This document shows positions 42,840-50,530 of a stretch of 64,000 bases of DNA, piece by piece (position 1 is the first letter of the stretch; every line of letters begins with the position of its first letter). Position numbers and translations under genes: made by a program. Below the pieces are notes generated by a model that saw only the letters and a program-made list of their open reading frames with translations, was not told the DNA's origin and made no database searches. Source of the DNA: Vicinamibacterales bacterium (GTDB taxonomy: Bacteria > Acidobacteriota > Vicinamibacteria > Vicinamibacterales > CAVVIG01). The stretch is from positions 48,616 through 112,615 of the forward strand of contig JBFXAT010000003.1 in NCBI GenBank assembly GCA_050183995.1, read 5' to 3'.

Positions 42840-43022
42840 GGTGGAAATGTGGACGGGTCGAACCAAGGATTCTGCGGACCAGTTTTCCTGGCCGTTCGGC
42901 CGAGGCAGAGAATATCATTCGAAGGGCAGCGAGCGGTCGTCGGCCCGCCCGAGCCGTCGCTGAACCGGTCCATCGTCCAACTCGTCACGTTGCATCGTCC
43001 ACTCGTCATCCGTTCATTTCCC

Positions 43023-43424
43023 ATGTATTCAGTCACCAAGCGCATCGAGTTCTGCTACGGCCACCGGCTGCTCGACTACGACGGCATCTGCAAGCATCCG
43101 CACGGCCACAACGCCGTTGCCGAGATCGAAGTGCGGACCGATCAGCTCGACACCCGCAACATGGTCTGTGACTTCAGCGACATCAAGCGGACCGTGAAGG
43201 GCTGGATCGATCGGGAGCTCGATCACAAGATGATCCTCCGCCAGGACGATCCGCTCGTCGCCCCGCTGCGGGAGCTCGGCGAACCGATCTTCATCGTCGA
43301 CAGCAACCCGACGGTCGAGTGCCTGGCGCGCCTGATCTTCGACTATGCCGCCGGCCAGCAGTTGCCGGTCGTGCGTGTCACCGTGTGGGAGACCCCGACC
43401 TCGTTCGCCGAGTATCGGGCCTGA
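43023..43424 (+). CDS. queD: 6-carboxy-5,6,7,8-tetrahydropterin synthase
   Basis: Shows MYSVTKRIEFCYGHRLLDYDGICKHPHGHN...DHKMIL. Confidence 0.88.
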   Translation: MYSVTKRIEFCYGHRLLDYDGICKHPHGHNAVAEIEVRTDQLDTRNMVCDFSDIKRTVKGWIDRELDHKMILRQDDPLVAPLRELGEPIFIVDSNPTVECLARLIFDYAAGQQLPVVRVTVWETPTSFAEYRA

Positions 43425-43432
43425 CGCGATCG

Positions 43433-44122
43433 ATGGCGGCTCCCTCCGTGGCGCCGGCGCGGACGCCGGTGGCGCCGATCTCGCTGGTCGTCTTCGATCT
43501 CGACGGCACGCTCGTCGATTCTCTGCGGGATCTGACCGAGTCGTTGAACGAGCTGCTGGAGGAATACGGACTGCGGCCTCACGGCCAGGACGCCGTCGGG
43601 CGCATGGTCGGTGAAGGCGCGGCAACACTCGTGGCGCGCGGCTTCGCGGCGGCGGGTCGCGAGGCGCCAGCCGGCGCCCTCGCGCGCTTTCTCGAGCTGT
43701 ATGAAGGCAGGGTGTTGCGTTTCACGCGTCCGTACCCAGGGGCGCTGGAGATGCTCGATCTCCTCGGACGCACGCACCGCCTTGCGCTGCTGACGAACAA
43801 GCCGCGTCTGTCGACGATGGCCGTCCTCGACGGATTGGGCCTGGCCGCCTACTTCGGCGACTCCATCGTCGGCGGGGACGAACCGATCCCGCGGAAGCCG
43901 GACCCCGCCGGCCTGCTCCATCTCGCCGGGCGCGCCGGCGTTCCGGCCGCGTCGACGCTGCTCGTGGGCGACTCGTTCGTCGACTTTCGGACCGCCCGAT
44001 CCGGCGGCGCGCAGATCTGCATGGCGCGGTACGGATTCGGTTTCGCTGAGTTTCCCGTCGAACAGCTGAACCCCTCGGATCGCCTGATCGACGCGCCGCT
44101 GCAGCTCCTTGCTTCGCTGTAG
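43433..44122 (+). CDS. HAD-superfamily hydrolase (phosphoglycolate-phosphatase-like)
   Basis: Shows LVVFDLDGTLVDS...LLTNKP...VGDSFVDFRTA. Confidence 0.85.
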   Translation: MAAPSVAPARTPVAPISLVVFDLDGTLVDSLRDLTESLNELLEEYGLRPHGQDAVGRMVGEGAATLVARGFAAAGREAPAGALARFLELYEGRVLRFTRPYPGALEMLDLLGRTHRLALLTNKPRLSTMAVLDGLGLAAYFGDSIVGGDEPIPRKPDPAGLLHLAGRAGVPAASTLLVGDSFVDFRTARSGGAQICMARYGFGFAEFPVEQLNPSDRLIDAPLQLLASL

Positions 44123-44220
44123 CCGTTCCGCGTCGGCTTTCAGTACGTTCCAAAAGCCCAACTGTTAGGCTTTCGTGCACGATCTCGCTACGCCCGCCTG
44201 ATTCCCGCAGGAAACCGACA

Positions 44221-44236
44221 TGGCACCGCCGTTGCT
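44221..44236 (+). promoter_or_regulatory. Sigma-54 (-24/-12) promoter upstream of the gas-vesicle genes
   Basis: TGGCAC-CGCCG-TTGCT, an exact TGGCAC-N5-TTGCW match in the correct orientation, 79 nt upstream of the gvpJ ATG. It is the only such match seen in the window. Confidence 0.7.
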
Positions 44237-44314
44237 CCTCGGTCCTGGTCCAAGTTTGATTGCGTTGGCGCGCTGCCGTAACGGCCAGCGGACCTGTCAC
44301 GGCTTACCGAGATT

Positions 44315-44689
44315 ATGCCTACGTCCTTGACTGACGGGCACGGGCGTTCCACCGGGCTCGTTGATGTGCTCGACCGTGTGCTCGACAAGGGTCTGGTCGT
44401 GGCAGGCGACATCCGCGTGTCGCTCGCCGAAGTCGAGCTCCTCACGATCCGCATTCGTCTGCTGATCTGTTCGATCGACAAGGCCGAGCAGATCGGGCTC
44501 GACTGGTGGAAGTTCGACCATCACCTCTCACCAGGGAAGCAGGCGCTCTCCGCGGAGAACGAGGAGCTGCGTCGGGAGCTTCGCGCCCTCGAGCGGAAGC
44601 TGGCGGCCGCGACGAAACGCCGGCCGGTGTCAGGCGCGCGGGGCCAGGCGATGCGCGCGCGAACGTCAGGAGAAGACGATGCCCGTTGA
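44315..44689 (+). CDS. gvpJ: Gas vesicle protein, GvpJ-like (GvpA/J/M family with C-terminal extension)
   Basis: Shows [51 protein letters not shown]. Confidence 0.88.
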   Translation: MPTSLTDGHGRSTGLVDVLDRVLDKGLVVAGDIRVSLAEVELLTIRIRLLICSIDKAEQIGLDWWKFDHHLSPGKQALSAENEELRRELRALERKLAAATKRRPVSGARGQAMRARTSGEDDAR

Positions 44690-44996
44690 ACGAGCCGCAG
44701 GCGGCACGAGCCTGATCGACGTCCTCGATCGTGTCCTCGACAAGGGCATCGTCATCGACGCGTGGGTCCGAGTGTCGCTGGTCGGCATCGACCTCATCAC
44801 CGTCGAAGCACGCGTCGTCGTGGCTTCGATCGACACGTATCTGAAGTATTCGGAAGCCGTGGGACATGCTGCGCCCGTGAGCCGGCCGGCTGTCGAAACC
44901 AAGCCGTATGAGGAAGTCCTTGCCGAAAACGCAGCACTCCGGGCTCAGCTCCAGAGTCGTGCCGCTGGCAGCCGGGCTGCTGGCGCACGACGCTGA
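44679..44996 (+). CDS. gvpA: Gas vesicle structural protein GvpA
   Basis: Shows [52 protein letters not shown]. Confidence 0.92.
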   Translation: MPVERAAGGTSLIDVLDRVLDKGIVIDAWVRVSLVGIDLITVEARVVVASIDTYLKYSEAVGHAAPVSRPAVETKPYEEVLAENAALRAQLQSRAAGSRAAGARR

Positions 44997-47175
44997 TCGC
45001 TCGCGCGGCGCCGATGGCAACGGCGCCGATCACAATCGGCAGGGCGCTCTCGCCCCGGAAGGCGCGCGCCTGGACGCGCGTCTCCAGCTCCTCGAGGGGT
45101 TCCTCAGCCGTACCGATCTCGGCGACACGGCCCAGTACGGCCTCGAGTGGCTGTCGCGGGTTCTTCGCGTGCCGAAAGCGCTCTGTGTGATCCGGCAACG
45201 CGGTGAGAACGTCCTTCACCCCATCGGGTGGCACGGCCTGCCCCCCGCCGACGCAGCGGCGTTCGCCGTCTCGGTCGGCGAGTGGGAGAGTCCGCTGCTC
45301 AGCGTCCTGCAGACGCGGCGCACGGTTCACTATCCGGCGCCGGAGACGGTCGCCGATCGCCGCAATCGTCCGGCGACGCCCTTCGGCGACGCGCCGTTTC
45401 ACGCCGTGCCCCTGGGGTTGTCGACCTTCTCCGACCAGACGCTCGGGCTGTTGCTCTGCGCCGGGGGTCCGCGGCTGCCCGACGACTTCGGCTGGTTCTG
45501 CTCGACGTTCGGACACAAGCTGGATCAGATCCTCCGGCATCAGGCGCTGGCTGCCGGCGGGACGCGTGATGGCCACGAACGCTCGCTGCTCTACAGCATC
45601 ATCAACGCCGTCACCGATCCGATCCTGCTGACCGACACGGAAGGGCGGCTGCTCATCGCGAACGCCCGCGCCCTCGCGCTGTTCACCGCGTCTGAGGAAG
45701 AGAGCGAAGGGCGGCGCAGCGCGGTCCGCATGAACAACATGCTCCTGTCGTCGGCGCTCTCGAGCAAGGCAATCGAGGAGGCCGGCGCCTCCCGCCGGGA
45801 GCTGCCTCTGGTCAATCCGGTGGACGGCTCCGATCTGCTGTTCGAGCTCCTCAGCACCACCATCGAGGACGCCCGGCACGGCACCGGAATCGTGTCCATC
45901 CTTCGCAACGTGACCGACCTGCGGCACGCGAGCGAGGAGCTCGAAGAGAACTACCGCCGCCTGCGGATCGCCGAGGCACAGGCGCGGGCCGAGAGCAACC
46001 GCCAGAACCTGATCATCAACTCGGTCGCCGACCCAATCGTCGTCACCGATGCGGCGGGCGCGACGTCGCTCATGAACGACCTCGCCGAACGCCTCTTCAC
46101 GCTCCGGCCGCAGGCGGGCGACGCCGAGCGGCGGGTGGTGCAGTCGAACGACGCCCACTTCTCGACCTTCATCGCGGGAATGCTGGTCGGCGAGGATCCG
46201 CGGCGCGTGGGCCTGATCGCCCTGGCCGACCCGCACACGGGCGAAGCGATGCCGGTCGAAGCGATTGCGGGACGCGTGCTGTCGGACCGCGGCGAGCTGA
46301 CGGCCGTTGTCACCATCCTGCACGACAGGCGCGAAGCGCTCGAGAAGGCGAGGCTCTACGAGCAGGTGAAGTCGGTGTCCGCCGAGCTCGAACGGAAGGT
46401 CCAGGCGGCGACCGCCGACATCGCGCAGCAGAACGAGCTGCTCCGGCGGCAGGCGATCGAGCTCGAGCAAGCCTCGATGCTGAAATCGCAGTTCCTCGCG
46501 AACATGTCGCACGAGTTCCGCACGCCGCTCAATGCCATCCTGGGCTACACGTCCATGCTGCTGCAGGGCGTCGGCGGGCCAATCGAAGGCGCGGCGCGCC
46601 GGCAGCTCGGGCGCATCGAGTCGAATGGCAGACACCTGCTCGCCATCATCAACGAGATCCTCGACATTTCCCGGATCGAAGCCGGCCGGATGCCGCTGCA
46701 GATGTCGCGCTTCGCCATCCCCGAGCTCGTTCACGAGGTCCGGGCCGAGCTGGAGCCGATCATCCTGCGCTCGCGATTGAGCTTCACGCTCGATCTGCCG
46801 CGCGACCTGCGGCCGATCACGAGCGATCGGCACAAAGTGAAGCAGATACTGATGAACCTCGTGAGCAATGCCCTGAAGTTCACGCACGAAGGCAGCGTGA
46901 CCATTGTCGCCAGACGACGGCTTGCGGAGCGCGCAATCGAGCTCTCGGTGGTGGATACTGGCATTGGGATCGCGCCGATGGACCAGGAACGCGTCTTCGA
47001 GGACTTTCGACAGCTCGACAACTCGCCGACCAGGCCTTACGGGGGGACGGGCCTGGGACTCTCGATCTGCAGCCGCCTGGCGCAGATGCTCGACGGGACG
47101 CTGACGCTCAAGAGTCAATTGGGCGTCGGCTCGAGATTCACGCTGAGACTCCCCATTCAGCAGGAACGCGGATGA
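44908..47175 (+). CDS. Cytosolic sensor histidine kinase (GAF-like, two PAS-like regions, HisKA, HATPase_c)
   Basis: H-box [15 protein letters not shown], plus [16 protein letters not shown] and GTGLGLSI. No transmembrane segment is visible. Every in-frame start candidate (ATG 44908, TTG 44920, GTG 44959) overlaps the gvpA 3' end. Confidence 0.88.
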   Translation: MRKSLPKTQHSGLSSRVVPLAAGLLAHDADRSRGADGNGADHNRQGALAPEGARLDARLQLLEGFLSRTDLGDTAQYGLEWLSRVLRVPKALCVIRQRGENVLHPIGWHGLPPADAAAFAVSVGEWESPLLSVLQTRRTVHYPAPETVADRRNRPATPFGDAPFHAVPLGLSTFSDQTLGLLLCAGGPRLPDDFGWFCSTFGHKLDQILRHQALAAGGTRDGHERSLLYSIINAVTDPILLTDTEGRLLIANARALALFTASEEESEGRRSAVRMNNMLLSSALSSKAIEEAGASRRELPLVNPVDGSDLLFELLSTTIEDARHGTGIVSILRNVTDLRHASEELEENYRRLRIAEAQARAESNRQNLIINSVADPIVVTDAAGATSLMNDLAERLFTLRPQAGDAERRVVQSNDAHFSTFIAGMLVGEDPRRVGLIALADPHTGEAMPVEAIAGRVLSDRGELTAVVTILHDRREALEKARLYEQVKSVSAELERKVQAATADIAQQNELLRRQAIELEQASMLKSQFLANMSHEFRTPLNAILGYTSMLLQGVGGPIEGAARRQLGRIESNGRHLLAIINEILDISRIEAGRMPLQMSRFAIPELVHEVRAELEPIILRSRLSFTLDLPRDLRPITSDRHKVKQILMNLVSNALKFTHEGSVTIVARRRLAERAIELSVVDTGIGIAPMDQERVFEDFRQLDNSPTRPYGGTGLGLSICSRLAQMLDGTLTLKSQLGVGSRFTLRLPIQQERG

Positions 47176-47612
47176 CTACTTCAGATACCCACGGCCGCCC
47201 GAAAGTGCTGCTGGTCGACGACTATCCCGATGCACGGGAGATGTACAGCGAGTATCTCCAGTTCTCGGGGTTCGACGTCGTCGAGGCCTCCAACGGGATG
47301 GAGGCGCTGCAGCGCGCGGCAGAGACGGCGCCCGACATCATCCTGATGGACCTGTCGCTCCCGGTGATGGACGGGTGGGAGGCCACACGCCGGCTGAAGG
47401 CCGACGAGCGCACTGCCGGCATCCCTGTAGTCGCGCTCACCGGCCACGCTCTGGCGGGCATTTCGGAAGGGGCTCGGCAGGCCGGCTGCGATGCATTCGT
47501 CACCAAGCCATGCCTGCCGGAGGATCTCGTGAAGGAGATCCGCCGGGTGTTGAGCGGCTCGGGCGACGTGAGGTCTGGCGGGAGCGGCAAATATGCGAAG
47601 ACGATCGGCTGA
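47172..47612 (+). CDS. Stand-alone response-regulator receiver domain protein
   Basis: [10 protein letters not shown]...[13 protein letters not shown]...VVALTGHA...FVTKP, with no output domain. ATGA overlap with the kinase stop. Confidence 0.9.
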   Translation: MTTSDTHGRPKVLLVDDYPDAREMYSEYLQFSGFDVVEASNGMEALQRAAETAPDIILMDLSLPVMDGWEATRRLKADERTAGIPVVALTGHALAGISEGARQAGCDAFVTKPCLPEDLVKEIRRVLSGSGDVRSGGSGKYAKTIG

Positions 47613-48579
47613 CGCCGCCCAGGGGACGAGACGCGCGACCCCCCGGCAGGTGAAGGCGAAGTCTCCGGTCAGGCCTTCGTCCCCGTCTGCGGTCCGGAAC
47701 GGGAAGTCGCGCGCCGCAGGAAACGGGCACGCACGGAACGCGAGGCGCAGAAGCGCGGAGGCCGTTGCGGCGCGAGTCGCGGACGACAACGTGTTCGAGC
47801 CCATCGGCGGCGTCGACGGCAGCGCCCTCGCCAGCCGCGGCAAGTACGTCTACTGCATCATCGAAGCCGCCGAGCCGCTCGCATTCGGTCAGATTGGCAT
47901 CGGTACCGCGCCGAGTGACGTGTTCACGGTCCACTTCCGGCACCTCGCCGCGGTCGTCTCCGACGCGCCGCTGGAAGTGCTCGACTCCACTCGCGAGAAC
48001 GTCCTCGCGCACGAGCGCGTGAACGAGACCGTGATGCGGGAGCACACCGTCATCCCGATGTCGTTCGGCACCATCTTCAAGACGCGCGAAGACATCGTCG
48101 AGCTGCTCCGCTCCGCCGCCGAGGCGTTCGGCGACGTGCTGAACAAGATGCAGAACAAGCTCGAGTTCGGCCTGAAGGTGTTGTGGGATCGCGACCAGGC
48201 GATCCGGGAGCTCGAGAAGGACGACGAGGACATCAGGCGCCTGAAGGAGGAGATCTCGAGCCAGAAGGGGCCGACCTACTTTGCGCGCATGCAATACGGC
48301 CGGCTGGTGGACGCCGCCCTCCAGGCGCAGTCGGAGCGTTACCTCTCGGCGATCCTCGCGGACTTGCGGGATGTCTCGGTCGCATCGCGGATCAACAAGC
48401 CGATTGGCGACAGGATGATCATGAACGCGGCCTTCCTGATCTCGCGCGATCGAGAAGCAGCCTTCGATGCGCGCGTGAAGGCGATAGCAGCGCGTTTCGA
48501 CAAGCTGACGTTCAAGTACACGGGCCCGTGGCCTCCCTATAACTTCGTGAACATCCGGTTGAAGCTCGAGCGCGCCTAG
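47593..48579 (+). CDS. gvpF: Gas vesicle protein GvpF/GvpL family (copy 1) with a basic N-terminal extension
   Basis: KYVYCIIEAAEP...VHFRHLAAVVSD...HERVNETVMREHTVIPMSFGTIF...FKYTGPWPPYNF. The start is uncertain; the N-terminal 80 aa are Arg/Ala-rich. Confidence 0.85.
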   Translation: MRRRSADAAQGTRRATPRQVKAKSPVRPSSPSAVRNGKSRAAGNGHARNARRRSAEAVAARVADDNVFEPIGGVDGSALASRGKYVYCIIEAAEPLAFGQIGIGTAPSDVFTVHFRHLAAVVSDAPLEVLDSTRENVLAHERVNETVMREHTVIPMSFGTIFKTREDIVELLRSAAEAFGDVLNKMQNKLEFGLKVLWDRDQAIRELEKDDEDIRRLKEEISSQKGPTYFARMQYGRLVDAALQAQSERYLSAILADLRDVSVASRINKPIGDRMIMNAAFLISRDREAAFDARVKAIAARFDKLTFKYTGPWPPYNFVNIRLKLERA

Positions 48580-48581
48580 CC

Positions 48582-48881
48582 GTGTTCATCCTCGATTCGC
48601 TTCTCATCGGATCCCTGCGTTTCGTGCTGGATAAGGTCGCGATCGCCGCCGAGACGGAACTGCACGACGACACGGCCGTTCGAGAACAGCTCCTCGAGGC
48701 GCAGATGCAGCTCGAGCTCGGCGAGATCAGCGAGGAGGAATTCGGCCGGGTCGAGGCCGCGGTCTTCGAACGCCTGCGGGCGTTGAGGGTCGCCCAGCCC
48801 CACGGCTTGACGCTCGCATCGCCAGAGGTCAGAGTGACCGGCATCGAGGCTACGGTGGCCGGAGACAGTCACGAAGACTGA
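48582..48881 (+). CDS. gvpG: Gas vesicle protein GvpG
   Basis: Shows MFILDSLLIGSLRFVLDKVAIAAETELHDDTAVREQLLEAQMQLELGEISEEEF. Confidence 0.88.
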   Translation: MFILDSLLIGSLRFVLDKVAIAAETELHDDTAVREQLLEAQMQLELGEISEEEFGRVEAAVFERLRALRVAQPHGLTLASPEVRVTGIEATVAGDSHED

Positions 48882-48892
48882 CCCCGCTTCGC

Positions 48893-49684
48893 ATGAGCCG
48901 CGCCACCTACGTCTACTGCGCCGTGGCCAGTTCGATCCGGCCGGCCCCGTCAGGGCTTCGCGGCCTTCCCCGTACGGGCGAGGTGCGACTGCTCGACGTC
49001 GATCGCGGCCTGTGGCTCGTCGTCGCTGACGCTCCGCTCGCGACGTACGGCGAGGCCCACCTCGCCGCCAGGCTCGGCGACCTGCGCTGGGTGTCCAGGG
49101 CTGCCGTCGCGCACGACCGCGTCGTCGAGGCGTTTCGCGGCGCGGATGCGGTCTTGCCGATGAAGCTGCTGACCCTGTTCGCGAGCGATGAGCGGGCGCT
49201 GCAATACGCGGCGGAGATGCGTGAGACGCTGGATCGGCTCGTGACACGCGTCAAGCGGCACGACGAGTGGGGGTTGCGGCTGACTCTCGGATCGCCGCAC
49301 CGGCCGACGGCGCGCGGGCCGCGCGCGGCGGCGTCGACTGCGTCGACGGTCGCCCGTGCCCAGAGCGGCGCCCAATATCTCGCACGGAAGAAGGCCGCTC
49401 GAGACGAGGGCGCGGAGCGCACCGCGCGGGGACGGACGCTCGCCGAAGAGCTCTGCGCGTCGCTGGCGCGGCACGCATCGGCCGTGCGCAGACGTGGCGA
49501 CGATGGGATTGGCGCGGACGGTCGAGGGCGGTCCCTGCTGCTCGACGCCGCAATGCTGGTGCCCCGCGCCCAGGCGGCCAGATTCAGTGCGGCTGCGGCC
49601 CGTCGGGCGAGAGCCCTGGCGCCGGACGGCTTCGATCTCGTTCTGACCGGACCTTGGCCGCCGTACAGCTTCATGAAGGACTGA
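48893..49684 (+). CDS. gvpL: Gas vesicle protein GvpF/GvpL family (copy 2)
   Basis: Shows TYVYCAVAS...WLVVADAP...HDRVVEAF...AVLPMKLLTLF...LVLTGPWPPYSF. Confidence 0.85.
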   Translation: MSRATYVYCAVASSIRPAPSGLRGLPRTGEVRLLDVDRGLWLVVADAPLATYGEAHLAARLGDLRWVSRAAVAHDRVVEAFRGADAVLPMKLLTLFASDERALQYAAEMRETLDRLVTRVKRHDEWGLRLTLGSPHRPTARGPRAAASTASTVARAQSGAQYLARKKAARDEGAERTARGRTLAEELCASLARHASAVRRRGDDGIGADGRGRSLLLDAAMLVPRAQAARFSAAAARRARALAPDGFDLVLTGPWPPYSFMKD

Positions 49685-49686
49685 GC

Positions 49687-50037
49687 GTGCCGAAGCAGTC
49701 CCGAAGAGAAGCCGCCTCGTCGCCACTGGAACGTGTGCTCGAACCTGGGGGATCGAGCCTGCTCGACGTGCTCGACCACGTGTTGGCCAAAGGGGTGACG
49801 GCCACCGGCGATCTGACCTTGGGGCTGGCAGGTGTCGACCTGATCTACCTGCGTCTGTCGGCGCTGCTCGCCGCCGCCGATCGGGTGCTGCCGCGTGTGA
49901 AGGCGCAGCAACGTGAAGGCGCGAAAGGGCAGACGCGTGGAGGTGCCAAGGCGCAGCAACGCCGACATGTGAAGGCGCATGCACGCGGCAAGGCCGCGGC
50001 TTCACCGGCGGGTTCGCGCCGGAGCGGACGGCGATGA
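49687..50037 (+). CDS. Gas vesicle protein, GvpS/GvpM-like divergent member of the GvpA/J family with a Lys/Arg-rich tail
   Basis: The GTG start is 2 nt after the previous stop. SLLDVLDHVLAKGVTATGDLTLGLAGVDLIYLRLSALLAAADRV. Confidence 0.75.
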   Translation: MPKQSRREAASSPLERVLEPGGSSLLDVLDHVLAKGVTATGDLTLGLAGVDLIYLRLSALLAAADRVLPRVKAQQREGAKGQTRGGAKAQQRRHVKAHARGKAAASPAGSRRSGRR

Positions 50038-50504
50038 CCCGGAAACGCCGCGACCGGGAGCCGGAGCGGCCGCCACGTGCCACCCCCCGAACAGGTGCGA
50101 CGCGAGCCGCTGGCGGCCACAAGAGGACATCTGTTCGCGCGAAGTCCCCTCGCGCCGCACCCGTAACCGCATCAGAGCTTCGCGCCCTGCAGCGCGAGCT
50201 CCAGCGGCGCGTCGGTGCCGCGGGGCCGTCGAGGCCTCGTGACGGCGCACGCTGGAACCCCGATCCCGAGGATGTCCAGAAGTCGGTCGCGCAACTCGTG
50301 CTGACGATCGTCGAATTCCTCCGTCAGTTGATGGAGCGCCAGGCCATCCGCCGCATGGAAGCGCAGACGCTGACGCCGGAGGAGATCGAGGGAGTAGGGG
50401 TGGCGCTGATGCGCCTCGAGGAGACGGTGCGCGACATGGCTGCCCGGTTCGGCCTCGCTCCGGAGGATCTGAACCTGGATCTCGGTCCGATCACCCTCCG
50501 CTAG
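50034..50504 (+). CDS. gvpK: Gas vesicle protein GvpK
   Basis: LVLTIVEFLRQLMERQAIRRMEAQTLTPEEIEGVGVALMRLEETVRDMAARFGL.PEDLNLDLGP. ATGA overlap with the previous gene. Confidence 0.88.
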   Translation: MTRKRRDREPERPPRATPRTGATRAAGGHKRTSVRAKSPRAAPVTASELRALQRELQRRVGAAGPSRPRDGARWNPDPEDVQKSVAQLVLTIVEFLRQLMERQAIRRMEAQTLTPEEIEGVGVALMRLEETVRDMAARFGLAPEDLNLDLGPITLR

Positions 50505-50530
50505 ATCACCGGATTCCCGCGCGTGGACCG

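Noticed and set aside
42840-43022. A preQ1 riboswitch upstream of queD or queC.
   Set aside because: I could not find the small hairpin plus A-rich tail (…AAAAAACTA-like) signature. Only direct repeats are present, and those are reported separately.
17025-43424. DGQHR protein plus queC/queD interpreted as a Dpd-type 7-deazaguanine DNA-modification system.
   Set aside because: The genes are 24 kb apart and separated by unrelated operons. No TGT-like dpdA, dpdC or helicase/nuclease genes are present. queC/queD sit in an ordinary divergent arrangement.
50505-50530. A hairpin (CGCGTGG...CCACGCG) between the convergent gvpK and TonB receptor genes as a terminator.
   Set aside because: The short stem has an 11-nt loop and no U-tract on either strand. 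This is too weak to call.
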